Below, piece by piece: positions 42,379 to 50,019 of a DNA stretch of 50,019 nucleotides. Both the position numbers and the translations under genes were made by a program. The notes below the pieces were generated by a model, which was given only the letters and a program-made list of their open reading frames with translations, was not told where the DNA came from and did not search any database. The DNA lies in the NCBI GenBank assembly GCA_044225365.1, contig JBGAIQ010000043.1:1-50019 (forward strand), read 5' to 3'. Source of the DNA: Planctomycetota bacterium (GTDB lineage: Bacteria > Planctomycetota > B15-G4 > JADJEK01). Every line of letters starts with the position of its first letter. The stretch's first letter is position 1.

Positions 42379-44772
42379 TCAGTTGCCGACCTTGATGCGT
42401 AGGGCATTGCTGAACGCGAATTGCCCGGTGTACGCGCCGTTCGGATCGAAGATGAAGTACTGGAAGAACGCCGACGATCCGGCGAAGCCCGAGAACGGGC
42501 CCGGGATCGGCAGAGTCACCGTGGCCTCGCCGAGACCGTTCGTGACGGTGTTCAGCAGCACGATGGGCGGCAGGAGGTAGAGGTTGCACGAACCGAGCGG
42601 CGTCGTGAATTGATTCAACGACAGACCGAGCAAGGTCGGTGCGAACACTCGCGCATTGCTGACCTTCACGCCGAACGCCGGATTGCCGAACGACGGCAGT
42701 CCGATCGCGGAGATGACCGGGATGCCGGTCGTACCCGGGCAACCCGAACCGAACGTCTGAGCGAGCGACGGCGTGATCGAGAGCAGGACGGTCACGTCGT
42801 TCGACGCCTTGTTGGCGACGACGAGGTCGAGCGTCTTGTCGTCGTCGAAGTGCGCGATCGCGACCGCCGCCGGCACCTGGTGCGCGAGGACGGTGGCCTG
42901 TGCCGCGAACGAACTCGAGCCGCCGTTGTAGCCGTCGTAGCGCGTCAAGTTCTCCGAGCCGAAGTTGACCGCGACGATGTCCTGCGCGGAGATGAAGCCG
43001 GGGAGCGAGTCGTCGCGCAGATCGGCGCATTCGAGATCGATCGGCGACGAACCGCCCGTGAAGGTGCCGCCCGCGGCGAACGCGCTCGAGTTCCACGACC
43101 CGGCGGTGAGGCCGGTGTTCTTGAACACGACGACATTGCCGGGGAGGATCGTCGGGAACGACTCGGCGGTCACCGCGAGATCGTTGTCGCCATCGCCGTC
43201 GAAGTCGCCGCTGCAGATGCCCTTGGGATTCTGCGAGACGCTGAGGGTGATCGGAGCGGCGAACGCGCCCGCGCCGAGGTTCTCGTAGAGCAGGACGTTC
43301 GTGGTGAGCGTGGGGGAGAACGCCGAGCCCGACATCGTGACGATGAGGTCGCCGTCGCCGTCGCCGTCGAGGTCGCTGATCGCGACGCGCTGCGGCCGCT
43401 TGAAGCCGCCCGCGGGCGGAGTGAGCGCGACGAGCGCGCCGCCGTTGAGGCTCACCATCACCGAGCCGGTGCCCGCGATGAGCAGGTCGCCCTGCATCGC
43501 GACCGCGATGTCGTCGGTGCCCGTGCCATCGAGGTTGCCGACGTCGATGCCGACCGGCTCGGTCGCGGGAAGCGTCGAGAGGGAAGCGGTGACCGCGAAC
43601 GTGCCTGCGGGGTTATTGCGCACGATCCGCACGACGTCGTTGCCCGTCGCCGCGACGGCGAGATCACGCCCGCCGCCCACGACGAGATCGCCCGCCGCGA
43701 GGGCGGAGGGTGCATCGCCGGAAGTGAGGCCGATCGTGGTGGACGTCGGGAACGTGCCGGTGCCGCTGTTGAAGCGGACGGTCACCGAGTTCGAGCCGCT
43801 GTCCGCAGTCGCGATGTCGGCTTTCGCGTCGCCCGAAAGTTCTTCGGCGATCACGTCGCACGGCGTCGTTCCGACGGCGAGATTCGTCGCCGTGAATTCC
43901 GGCGGCGGTCCGAACGTCGTCGTCGATCCCACGCGATAGAAGCTCGTCACGAGTTGGTTGACGTAGACGTTGCCGTTCGCATTGCCCGAACCGATTCCGA
44001 ACTGGATGCTCGTGATGTGCGCGCCGGGAGCGGTGATGAGCGCGTACTCCATCGCCAGCGTCTTGGCGCCCGAGACCACGGCGCCCGAGGTCGACATCGC
44101 GCTCAAGGTCATCGGATTGCCGATCGTGTTGGCGCCGATCGTGCGATCGACGAGCCACCAGGTACCGGAGGTGAACGTCGAGGACTCGACGTGCCAGTTG
44201 CCGTCGGACGTGGTTCCGTTCAGGTTGCCGGGCTCGTAGATGAGCAGCTTGTCCCACGCGTTCTCACCGGTGCGAGCCGAGATCGGCGTCGAACCGTAGT
44301 CCGCGGTCTTGATGCCGATCTTCAGCGCCGCCGTGATCGACGACGGACCGTTTCCCATCCACGAGTAGTTGATGCTGAAACCGGGCGCGACGACGCTGCC
44401 GGGAGCATGGCCGATACCGTCGTCCTTCCGATGGCTGATCGTGCTCTTTCCCGACCCGCTGTTGCCGATGCGCAGCCGCACGGCGCTCGGGAACGTGCCG
44501 AGCGGGACGGTGCCGGGCGCGATGAGGAAGCTGATCTGACTCTGGATGTCGGCGTTGTGGAGCACGTTGCCCGAGCCCGCTTCCGGGAAGTCGGTCAGCG
44601 TGGGGCTCTTCAAGTTCGTGCCGGCCACCTGCGTGCCGAAGCCATCGGCGCGAGTGTCGTCGGAGTACCAACCATTCTGCGAGAGGCTGCTCGTGTTGAC
44701 CGACGCCGCGAGGGCGTAGGAACCAAGGGCGACCCCGACGAGGGGAATCCCGACGAGACGGAGAATCTTCAT
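42379..44772 (-). CDS. Secreted VCBS/FG-GAP protein, paralog of 39938-42229
   Basis: Signal MKILRLVGIPLVGVALGSYALA with GGAAGG RBS. C-terminal ~500 aa very similar to the neighbour. Confidence 0.88.
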   Translation of the reverse strand: MKILRLVGIPLVGVALGSYALAASVNTSSLSQNGWYSDDTRADGFGTQVAGTNLKSPTLTDFPEAGSGNVLHNADIQSQISFLIAPGTVPLGTFPSAVRLRIGNSGSGKSTISHRKDDGIGHAPGSVVAPGFSINYSWMGNGPSSITAALKIGIKTADYGSTPISARTGENAWDKLLIYEPGNLNGTTSDGNWHVESSTFTSGTWWLVDRTIGANTIGNPMTLSAMSTSGAVVSGAKTLAMEYALITAPGAHITSIQFGIGSGNANGNVYVNQLVTSFYRVGSTTTFGPPPEFTATNLAVGTTPCDVIAEELSGDAKADIATADSGSNSVTVRFNSGTGTFPTSTTIGLTSGDAPSALAAGDLVVGGGRDLAVAATGNDVVRIVRNNPAGTFAVTASLSTLPATEPVGIDVGNLDGTGTDDIAVAMQGDLLIAGTGSVMVSLNGGALVALTPPAGGFKRPQRVAISDLDGDGDGDLIVTMSGSAFSPTLTTNVLLYENLGAGAFAAPITLSVSQNPKGICSGDFDGDGDNDLAVTAESFPTILPGNVVVFKNTGLTAGSWNSSAFAAGGTFTGGSSPIDLECADLRDDSLPGFISAQDIVAVNFGSENLTRYDGYNGGSSSFAAQATVLAHQVPAAVAIAHFDDDKTLDLVVANKASNDVTVLLSITPSLAQTFGSGCPGTTGIPVISAIGLPSFGNPAFGVKVSNARVFAPTLLGLSLNQFTTPLGSCNLYLLPPIVLLNTVTNGLGEATVTLPIPGPFSGFAGSSAFFQYFIFDPNGAYTGQFAFSNALRIKVGN

Positions 44773-45197
44773 ATGCGTAGTACCTTCCACAGTTGCTCGG
44801 ACCGCGTGAAAACGCGGGTTCCGACCCTTTTACGTGAACGCGCGAACGCCCCGGCGCCCGCGAGTCGCAGCCGCGATCGTGATTCGAAGGCTTCGGAATG
44901 GAATGCCGCCGCAGCGAAATCGCTCAGCCATCGGGAGGGATCGTCCACCGATTCCCAATCCCCAATCCTCATCCACTCCCCGGTCCCTCGCCGGCTGCTG
45001 CATCACATCGGAGGATTCCGATGCCTTTCCACGACCGAGGCGGCGTCTTCTCCGCCCGGCTCATCACGTGCAGCGACCATCGCGATCGAGGCTCGAACGG
45101 GGAGGAGGATAACAGGACGTAGGATCGCTGAGAAGTCCACGCGTCGAAATGCAGGCCTGCTTCCAGGCGCGGGCGCGGGCGCGGGCGCGAGGCGGGA

Positions 45198-46316
45198 TCA
45201 GCGAGTCCCGGGCGGCCGCTTCTCGAGCGACTCGCCGGTCGGGAACCTTTTGCGGAGCTGACCGCAGGCCGCGTCGATGTCGCGCCCCCGCGATCGGCGA
45301 ACGGTCGTGTTGATGCCGCGCTCGGTGAGCAGCTTGCGCATCGTCTCCACGGCCTCGTCGGTGGGGCGTTCGAACCGAGTCTCGGTGACGGGATTGAGCG
45401 GGATGAGGTTGACGCTCGCGCGCATGCCCTTCAGGAGGTCGCGCAGTTCGCGCGCGCACGCGGGCGAGTCGTTGACGCCCTTCAACACGACGTACTCGAA
45501 CGTGATTTCGCGGCCCGTGCGTTCGAAGTAGCGTTTGCTCGCTTCGAGCACTTCGGTGAGCGATACCCGATCGAGTCCCGGCATCAGTTCGCCGCGCAAC
45601 TTCTCGTTCGGTGCGTGCAACGAGATCGCGAGGTTGATCTGTTTCCCGAGTTCCTCGAGGCGGTCGATCTTCGCGGGGATTCCGATCGTCGACAACGTGA
45701 TGCGGCGCGCGCCGAATTCGAGGCCGTCCTTGCCGTTCAGGACATCGAGCGCGACCTTCACGTTCTCGAAGTTGTTGAGCGGCTCGCCGCCGCCCATCAG
45801 CACGACGTTGGTGATGCGCTGGTTCTTCGTCGCGAGGAATTCGCGCGCGAAGAGGAACTGCTCGACGATCTCGCCCGAGGTCAGATTGCGGTCGATTCCA
45901 TTCAGGCCGCTCGCGCAGAACGCACAGCGGACGCCGCACCCGACCTGGGTCGAGACACAGAGCGTGCGACGGTCCGCGTCCGGGATGATGACGCTCTCGA
46001 TCGTCTTGTCGTCGTGGAGTTTCAGCAGCAGCTTCGTCGTGCCATCGGCGGAATCCGAGACGAGCGCGACGCTCGACGAACGGATCTTGAAGCGCTTTGC
46101 GAGCGTCGTGCGCAGCAGCGCCGGAAGGTCGCTCATCGCGTCGAACGAGCTCGCTCCCCGTTCGTACATCCAGCGTCGGATCACGCCGCCATGGAACTTC
46201 TTGGCGCCTTCGATCTCGACGATGCGGGCGAACTCATCGAGCCGCCAGTCGGTGAGCGCGGTCGGAAGCGGTCGCTCACTGCGTGGAGCTTCCGGCTTCG
46301 AAGTACCAGTTTCCAA
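45198..46316 (-). CDS. rlmN: 23S rRNA (A2503-C2)/tRNA methyltransferase RlmN
   Basis: TLCVSTQVGC..RCAFCASG, RNL.SGEIVEQ, MG.GEPL.N, LAISLHAPN, FEYV, VNLIP.N, RGRDIDAACGQL. Confidence 0.93.
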   Translation of the reverse strand: METGTSKPEAPRSERPLPTALTDWRLDEFARIVEIEGAKKFHGGVIRRWMYERGASSFDAMSDLPALLRTTLAKRFKIRSSSVALVSDSADGTTKLLLKLHDDKTIESVIIPDADRRTLCVSTQVGCGVRCAFCASGLNGIDRNLTSGEIVEQFLFAREFLATKNQRITNVVLMGGGEPLNNFENVKVALDVLNGKDGLEFGARRITLSTIGIPAKIDRLEELGKQINLAISLHAPNEKLRGELMPGLDRVSLTEVLEASKRYFERTGREITFEYVVLKGVNDSPACARELRDLLKGMRASVNLIPLNPVTETRFERPTDEAVETMRKLLTERGINTTVRRSRGRDIDAACGQLRKRFPTGESLEKRPPGTR

Positions 46317-46355
46317 GGGTCCAGCTTCCAGGTGCGGATCGGACGGAGGGGCGGA

Positions 46356-47738
46356 TCAGGCGCTCTCGCGGCGACGCTCGGACATCGGCTCGATCTTGAT
46401 CGGCTCGCGCTTCTCGATGAAGCCGCGGGTGACGACGAACCGAGCGGGATCCGGACGCTCGGGGACCTCGAAGAGGACCTCGAGCATGCGCTCCTCGAGG
46501 ATGTTGCGCAATGCGCGGACGCCAGTGCCCTTCTGCAGGGCGAGTTCCGCGATCGCGTTCAGCGCCTCGGGGTCGAACTCGAGTTCGCAGCGCTCATACT
46601 CGAAGAGCCGCTGGTATTGGCGCGTGATCGCGTTCTTCGGCTCGGTGAGGATCGAGACGAGATCCTGCTGGCGCAGCGGCGAGAGCGGCGCGACGACCGG
46701 GAAGCGTCCGATGAACTCGGGGATCATCCCGAACTCGATCAGGTCCTCGGTCTGCACCTGCTTCAGCATCTCGTCGAGGCCCTTCTGCGGATCGGCCTTG
46801 TCGCCGCCGGGATCGAACGTGAAGCCGATCGTCGACTTGCCGATGCGGCGCCCGATGATGTCGGGCAGGTGCGTGAACGTCCCGCCGCAGATGAACAGGA
46901 TGTCGCGGGTGTCGACCTGGATGTAGTTCTGCTCGGGATGCTTCCGGCCGCCCTGCGGCGGCACGTTGCAGAGCGTTCCCTCGAGGAGCTTCAAGAGCGC
47001 CTGCTGGACGCCTTCGCCCGACACGTCGCGCGTGATCGAGACGTTGTTCGTGGTGCGCGCGATCTTGTCGATCTCGTCGACGAAGATGATCCCCTTCTGG
47101 GCGAGCTGGACGTCGTAGTTCGCGCTCTGCACCAGCTTGAGGATGATGTTCTCGACGTCTTCGCCGACGTAGCCGGCCTCGGTGAGCGTGGTCGCGTCGG
47201 CGATCGCGAACGGTACCTTCAGCAGGCGCGCGAGCGTGCGCGCGAGCAACGTCTTGCCCGACCCCGTGGGGCCGATGAGCAGGATGTTCGACTTCTCGAT
47301 CTCGACGTCGCCGGGCTTGTTGTTCTGCTGATGACGCAGTCGCTTGTAGTGGTTGTAGACCGCGACGGAGAGGACCTTCTTCGCGTGGTCCTGACCCACG
47401 ACGTACTCGTCGAGGAAGGTCTTGATCTGGCTCGGGGGAGGGAGCTTGCCGGAGAGGCCGGCGACTCCCTCACGCCCCGCGCGATCGAGACCCGCGCGCT
47501 CGGTGCGATCGGCGGGCCGCTCGCCGCGATCCGGCCGCTCGCCGCGTTCGCCGCGTTCCCCTCGTTCATTCGGGGGCACGCGACGGCTCGCATCCTCGAA
47601 GAGGATCGTGTTACAGAGTTCGACGCACTCGTTGCAGATGTAGATGCCGGGCGGACCAGCGATCAGGCTCGTGACCTGGCGCTTCGGCTTGTCGCAAAAC
47701 GTGCAGCGTTCTGAATCGCGGGTTCCGCGTGCGGCCAC
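46356..47738 (-). CDS. clpX: ATP-dependent Clp protease ATP-binding subunit ClpX
   Basis: CTFC...CNEC zinc finger, [46 protein letters not shown] loop. Confidence 0.97.
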   Translation of the reverse strand: MAARGTRDSERCTFCDKPKRQVTSLIAGPPGIYICNECVELCNTILFEDASRRVPPNERGERGERGERPDRGERPADRTERAGLDRAGREGVAGLSGKLPPPSQIKTFLDEYVVGQDHAKKVLSVAVYNHYKRLRHQQNNKPGDVEIEKSNILLIGPTGSGKTLLARTLARLLKVPFAIADATTLTEAGYVGEDVENIILKLVQSANYDVQLAQKGIIFVDEIDKIARTTNNVSITRDVSGEGVQQALLKLLEGTLCNVPPQGGRKHPEQNYIQVDTRDILFICGGTFTHLPDIIGRRIGKSTIGFTFDPGGDKADPQKGLDEMLKQVQTEDLIEFGMIPEFIGRFPVVAPLSPLRQQDLVSILTEPKNAITRQYQRLFEYERCELEFDPEALNAIAELALQKGTGVRALRNILEERMLEVLFEVPERPDPARFVVTRGFIEKREPIKIEPMSERRRESA

Positions 47739-48346
47739 TACTTCTTGACTCCCGTGCGCTGGAGCGGTTCGACGACCTCGTCGACCAATCCGTACGCCTT
47801 GGCTTCGTTCGCCGACATGTAGTAATCGCGGTCGGCATCGATCTCCACTTTCGAGACCGGATGTCCGGTATGGTACGCGAGCAACTCGTTCAGGCGCTTC
47901 TTCATCTTCAGGATTTCGATGGCCTGGATCTCGATGTCGGCGGCCGTACCCTGGGCGCCGCCCCAGGGCTGGTGGATCATGACCCGCGAATTGGGCAGCG
48001 CATGCCGCTTGCCCTTGGCGCCGCCCGCGAGCAGCAGGGCCGCCATCGAGGCGTTCTGTCCGATGCAGTACGTCGCAACGTCACACTGGACGAACTGCAT
48101 GGTGTCGTAGATCGCGAGACCCGCCGAGACGCTGCCGCCCGGCGAATTGATGTAGATGTTGATGTCCTGGGTCTTGTTGTCCTTCTGGAGGAACAACAAC
48201 TGGGCGATCACCGCGTTCGCGACGTGATCGTCGATCTGCGTCCCGATGAAGATGATGCGATCTTCCAGGAGCCGCGAGTAGATGTCGTACGCGCGTTCGC
48301 CGCGACCGGTCTTCTCGATGACGTAGGGAACCGGATAGTAGCTCAA
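47738..48346 (-). CDS. clpP: ATP-dependent Clp protease proteolytic subunit
   Basis: [27 protein letters not shown] (Ser), MIHQP (His), DRD (Asp). TTG start after GGAGG, alternatively ATG at 48358. TAGTG overlap with clpX. Confidence 0.96.
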   Translation of the reverse strand: MSYYPVPYVIEKTGRGERAYDIYSRLLEDRIIFIGTQIDDHVANAVIAQLLFLQKDNKTQDINIYINSPGGSVSAGLAIYDTMQFVQCDVATYCIGQNASMAALLLAGGAKGKRHALPNSRVMIHQPWGGAQGTAADIEIQAIEILKMKKRLNELLAYHTGHPVSKVEIDADRDYYMSANEAKAYGLVDEVVEPLQRTGVKK

Positions 48347-48406
48347 ACCACCCTCCATGACTCGATCCGCGAACACTGGTAGCTGGCGTTCCGCTCGGCG
48401 CGGATC

Positions 48407-49732
48407 TCAGGTCGTACCGGCGGGCGCCTCGGCCGACGGTTCCACGTCGATGACCTTGGCGCTCTCTCGCAGCAATCTTCGGACCTTTGCGTCCAAGACC
48501 TGAGCCCGCAGTTGGCCAACGCCGTCGTTGGCGATCAGTTCGTCGGCGAGCTGTTGGGGATCCTTGCGCTGTTGCTGCGCGAGCGCTCGGACCGCGTTCT
48601 CGAGATCCTGCTCGGTCACGGCGACCTGCTCCTTCGAAGCGATGCGGTCGACGAGGAACGAGATCCGCAGGCTGCGTTCGTTCTGCTCGCGGATCTTCGG
48701 GACGTACTGCTCGGCGCGGGTATGCGCTTCCTTGTCCGCCATGCCGGAGCGCATCATCTCGTGCGCGACTCGATGAACACCCTGTTCGGTCATCATCTTC
48801 AGTGTGTCTTCCGGCATCGGAAAGGTCGTCCGCTCGATCAGCGAGTCGAACACCCGCTCCTCGATGAACTGATTGCGCCGGTGCTGGATCGTCATCTCGA
48901 CCTGCTTCTTCACCTGGGTCCGGAACTCGTCGACGGACTCGATGCCGAAGCGTGCGACGAAAGCCTCGTCGACCGGTGGCAGGATGAAGCGGTTGATCTC
49001 GAGGATCTCGCAGTCGAGGTGGGCTTCTGCACCCTTGAACGTCGCGGGCTCGTAGCCTTCCGGCCACTTCACCGGGACCGTGACCTTGTCGCCGAGGTTC
49101 TTGCCCTCGAAGCTCGCCGTGCCGCCCTCGGTCGCGATGCCGTCGATCTTGTCGCCACGGGTGTCGACGACGGCGTCATCGACCGTCTTCACCACGGCGC
49201 CATCGACGCGGATCGAGAGCTTCGCTCGCATGAAGTCGCCCTTGGCGGCGGGCTCGCCGGTGATCGTCTGCGGCTGTGCGAGCTTGCCTCGCAGACTCTC
49301 GATCTCACGCTCGACGATCTCCTCGGTCACGTCGACCTTCGGCACCTTGACCTCGACGTCCTTGTAGCTATCGACCTCGAACTGGGGGACGACTTCGAAA
49401 TCGAGGTCGAACTGCAGCTCGCGCGTGATGTCGAGATCGAGCTTCGTGAGGTCGACGCTCGGCGCGACCACCGGCCGCAACGCGTGCTTCTCGACCGCTT
49501 GGCGGAAGGCGTCGTTGATCAGGTGCTGCTTGATCTCCTTGCGGATCTCCTCGCCGTACTTCTTCTCGAGGATGCTGCGCGGAACCTTGCCCGGCCGGAA
49601 GCCCTTCATCTGGACCTGGTATTGGGCATTCTGCCAGCCGCGTTGGACCGCCTGCTTCACGCGCTCGGACGGGATCTTCACGGAGAGCTTGCGCTTGCAC
49701 GGGCCAAGCTCCTGGAGCTGGAGGTCGGTCAT
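48407..49732 (-). CDS. tig: Trigger factor
   Basis: GFRPGKVP ribosome-binding motif, FKBP-like middle domain, canonical tig-clpP-clpX order. Confidence 0.93.
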   Translation of the reverse strand: MTDLQLQELGPCKRKLSVKIPSERVKQAVQRGWQNAQYQVQMKGFRPGKVPRSILEKKYGEEIRKEIKQHLINDAFRQAVEKHALRPVVAPSVDLTKLDLDITRELQFDLDFEVVPQFEVDSYKDVEVKVPKVDVTEEIVEREIESLRGKLAQPQTITGEPAAKGDFMRAKLSIRVDGAVVKTVDDAVVDTRGDKIDGIATEGGTASFEGKNLGDKVTVPVKWPEGYEPATFKGAEAHLDCEILEINRFILPPVDEAFVARFGIESVDEFRTQVKKQVEMTIQHRRNQFIEERVFDSLIERTTFPMPEDTLKMMTEQGVHRVAHEMMRSGMADKEAHTRAEQYVPKIREQNERSLRISFLVDRIASKEQVAVTEQDLENAVRALAQQQRKDPQQLADELIANDGVGQLRAQVLDAKVRRLLRESAKVIDVEPSAEAPAGTT

Positions 49733-49807
49733 AGTCCACCTGACGAGAAACGGAAGCCGGCCCGGTTCGCGGGCAGTCGATATCGCCACCAGAGGGCGAA
49801 CTGGGAG

Positions 49808-49813
49808 ATTCTA
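49808..49813 (-). promoter_or_regulatory. Putative -10 element (TAGAAT) for tig-clpP-clpX
   Basis: TAGAAT on the minus strand ~75 nt upstream of the tig ATG. No convincing -35. Confidence 0.4.
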
Positions 49814-49862
49814 GGGAGGAATGGCCCCGAAGGCGTAGGGTTTTTCGGGCCGACCCGGAGCG

Positions 49863-50019
49863 GAGGCCGCGCTGGAGCGCGGCGGTCCGGCGGAGAGGAA
49901 TCGGAAAGAGAGGCCGCGCTGGAGCGCGGCGGTCCGGCCCAGAGCCGCGGCGGTCCGGCCCAGAGCCGCGGCGGTCCGGCCCAGAGCCGCGGCGGTCCGG
50001 CCCAGAGCCGCGGCGGTCC
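49863..50019. repeat. Tandem 21-bp repeat (4 full copies + partial, running off the window) preceded by two 29-bp hairpin-containing copies
   Basis: gcggcggtccggcccagagcc at 49926, 49947, 49968, 49989 and 50010 (partial). gaggccgcgctggagcgcggcggtccggc at 49863 and 49910. Confidence 0.92.

Larger units (their letters stand above)
39938..43875. repeat. ~1.5-kb direct repeat (39938-41434 and 42379-43875) shared by two tandem genes
   Basis: Constant offset of 2441 bp at both ends and in the middle. Differences are mostly at synonymous positions. Confidence 0.92.

Noticed and set aside
39938-44772. Diversity-generating retroelement (TR/VR pair) as explanation for the 1.5-kb repeat
   Set aside because: No reverse transcriptase is present, the repeat is too long, both copies are coding, and the differences are synonymous rather than adenine-specific.
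44773-45197. 425-bp intergenic region as possible ncRNA/riboswitch; includes attcccaatccccaatcc and (gcgggc)n runs
   Set aside because: No recognisable riboswitch or tRNA consensus. Probably promoter region plus simple repeats.
45778-45800. RlmN motif MGGGEP instead of MGMGEP, raising a Cfr-like or altered enzyme
   Set aside because: All other RlmN motifs and both catalytic cysteines are present and the context is housekeeping. A single substitution is insufficient.
49863-50019. Possible CRISPR array
   Set aside because: The units abut with no unique spacers, and there are no cas genes in the window.
1-50019. Frequent CGATCG/GCGATCGC (HIP1-like) words
   Set aside because: Plausibly explained by codon usage (GCG-ATC-G, TCG-ATC-G). 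Over-representation cannot be established without a Markov-model count.

Overview
High-GC bacterial chromosomal segment, most likely from a Planctomycetota-type organism. This is inferred from the ECF sigma factor with a very long C-terminal extension, the PurS-fused PurL and the expansion of secreted FG-GAP proteins. Housekeeping genes include dapF, purL/purQ, accA, rlmN, tig-clpP-clpX and an Mrp/ApbC Fe-S carrier. They are interspersed with seven secreted FG-GAP/VCBS (integrin-alpha-like propeller) proteins that share a C-terminal domain, an isolated eboA-eboB pair, tandem DUF4349 lipoproteins and an ECF/anti-sigma/HtrA-like locus whose protease has lost its catalytic triad. The best candidate for an undescribed system is at 36.0-39.9 kb. 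A C39-like Cys peptidase is fused to a Gly-rich tail of amphipathic 11-residue repeats with several Gly-Gly sites, and is followed by a radical SAM/SPASM enzyme and a PQQ-type beta-propeller lipoprotein; this may be a self-processing RiPP/bacteriocin-like system. The second candidate is a tandem gene pair with near-identical VCBS scaffolds but highly diverged N-terminal domains. No rRNA, tRNA, CRISPR array or transposase was recognised. All calls come from reading motifs by eye; no database searches were run.
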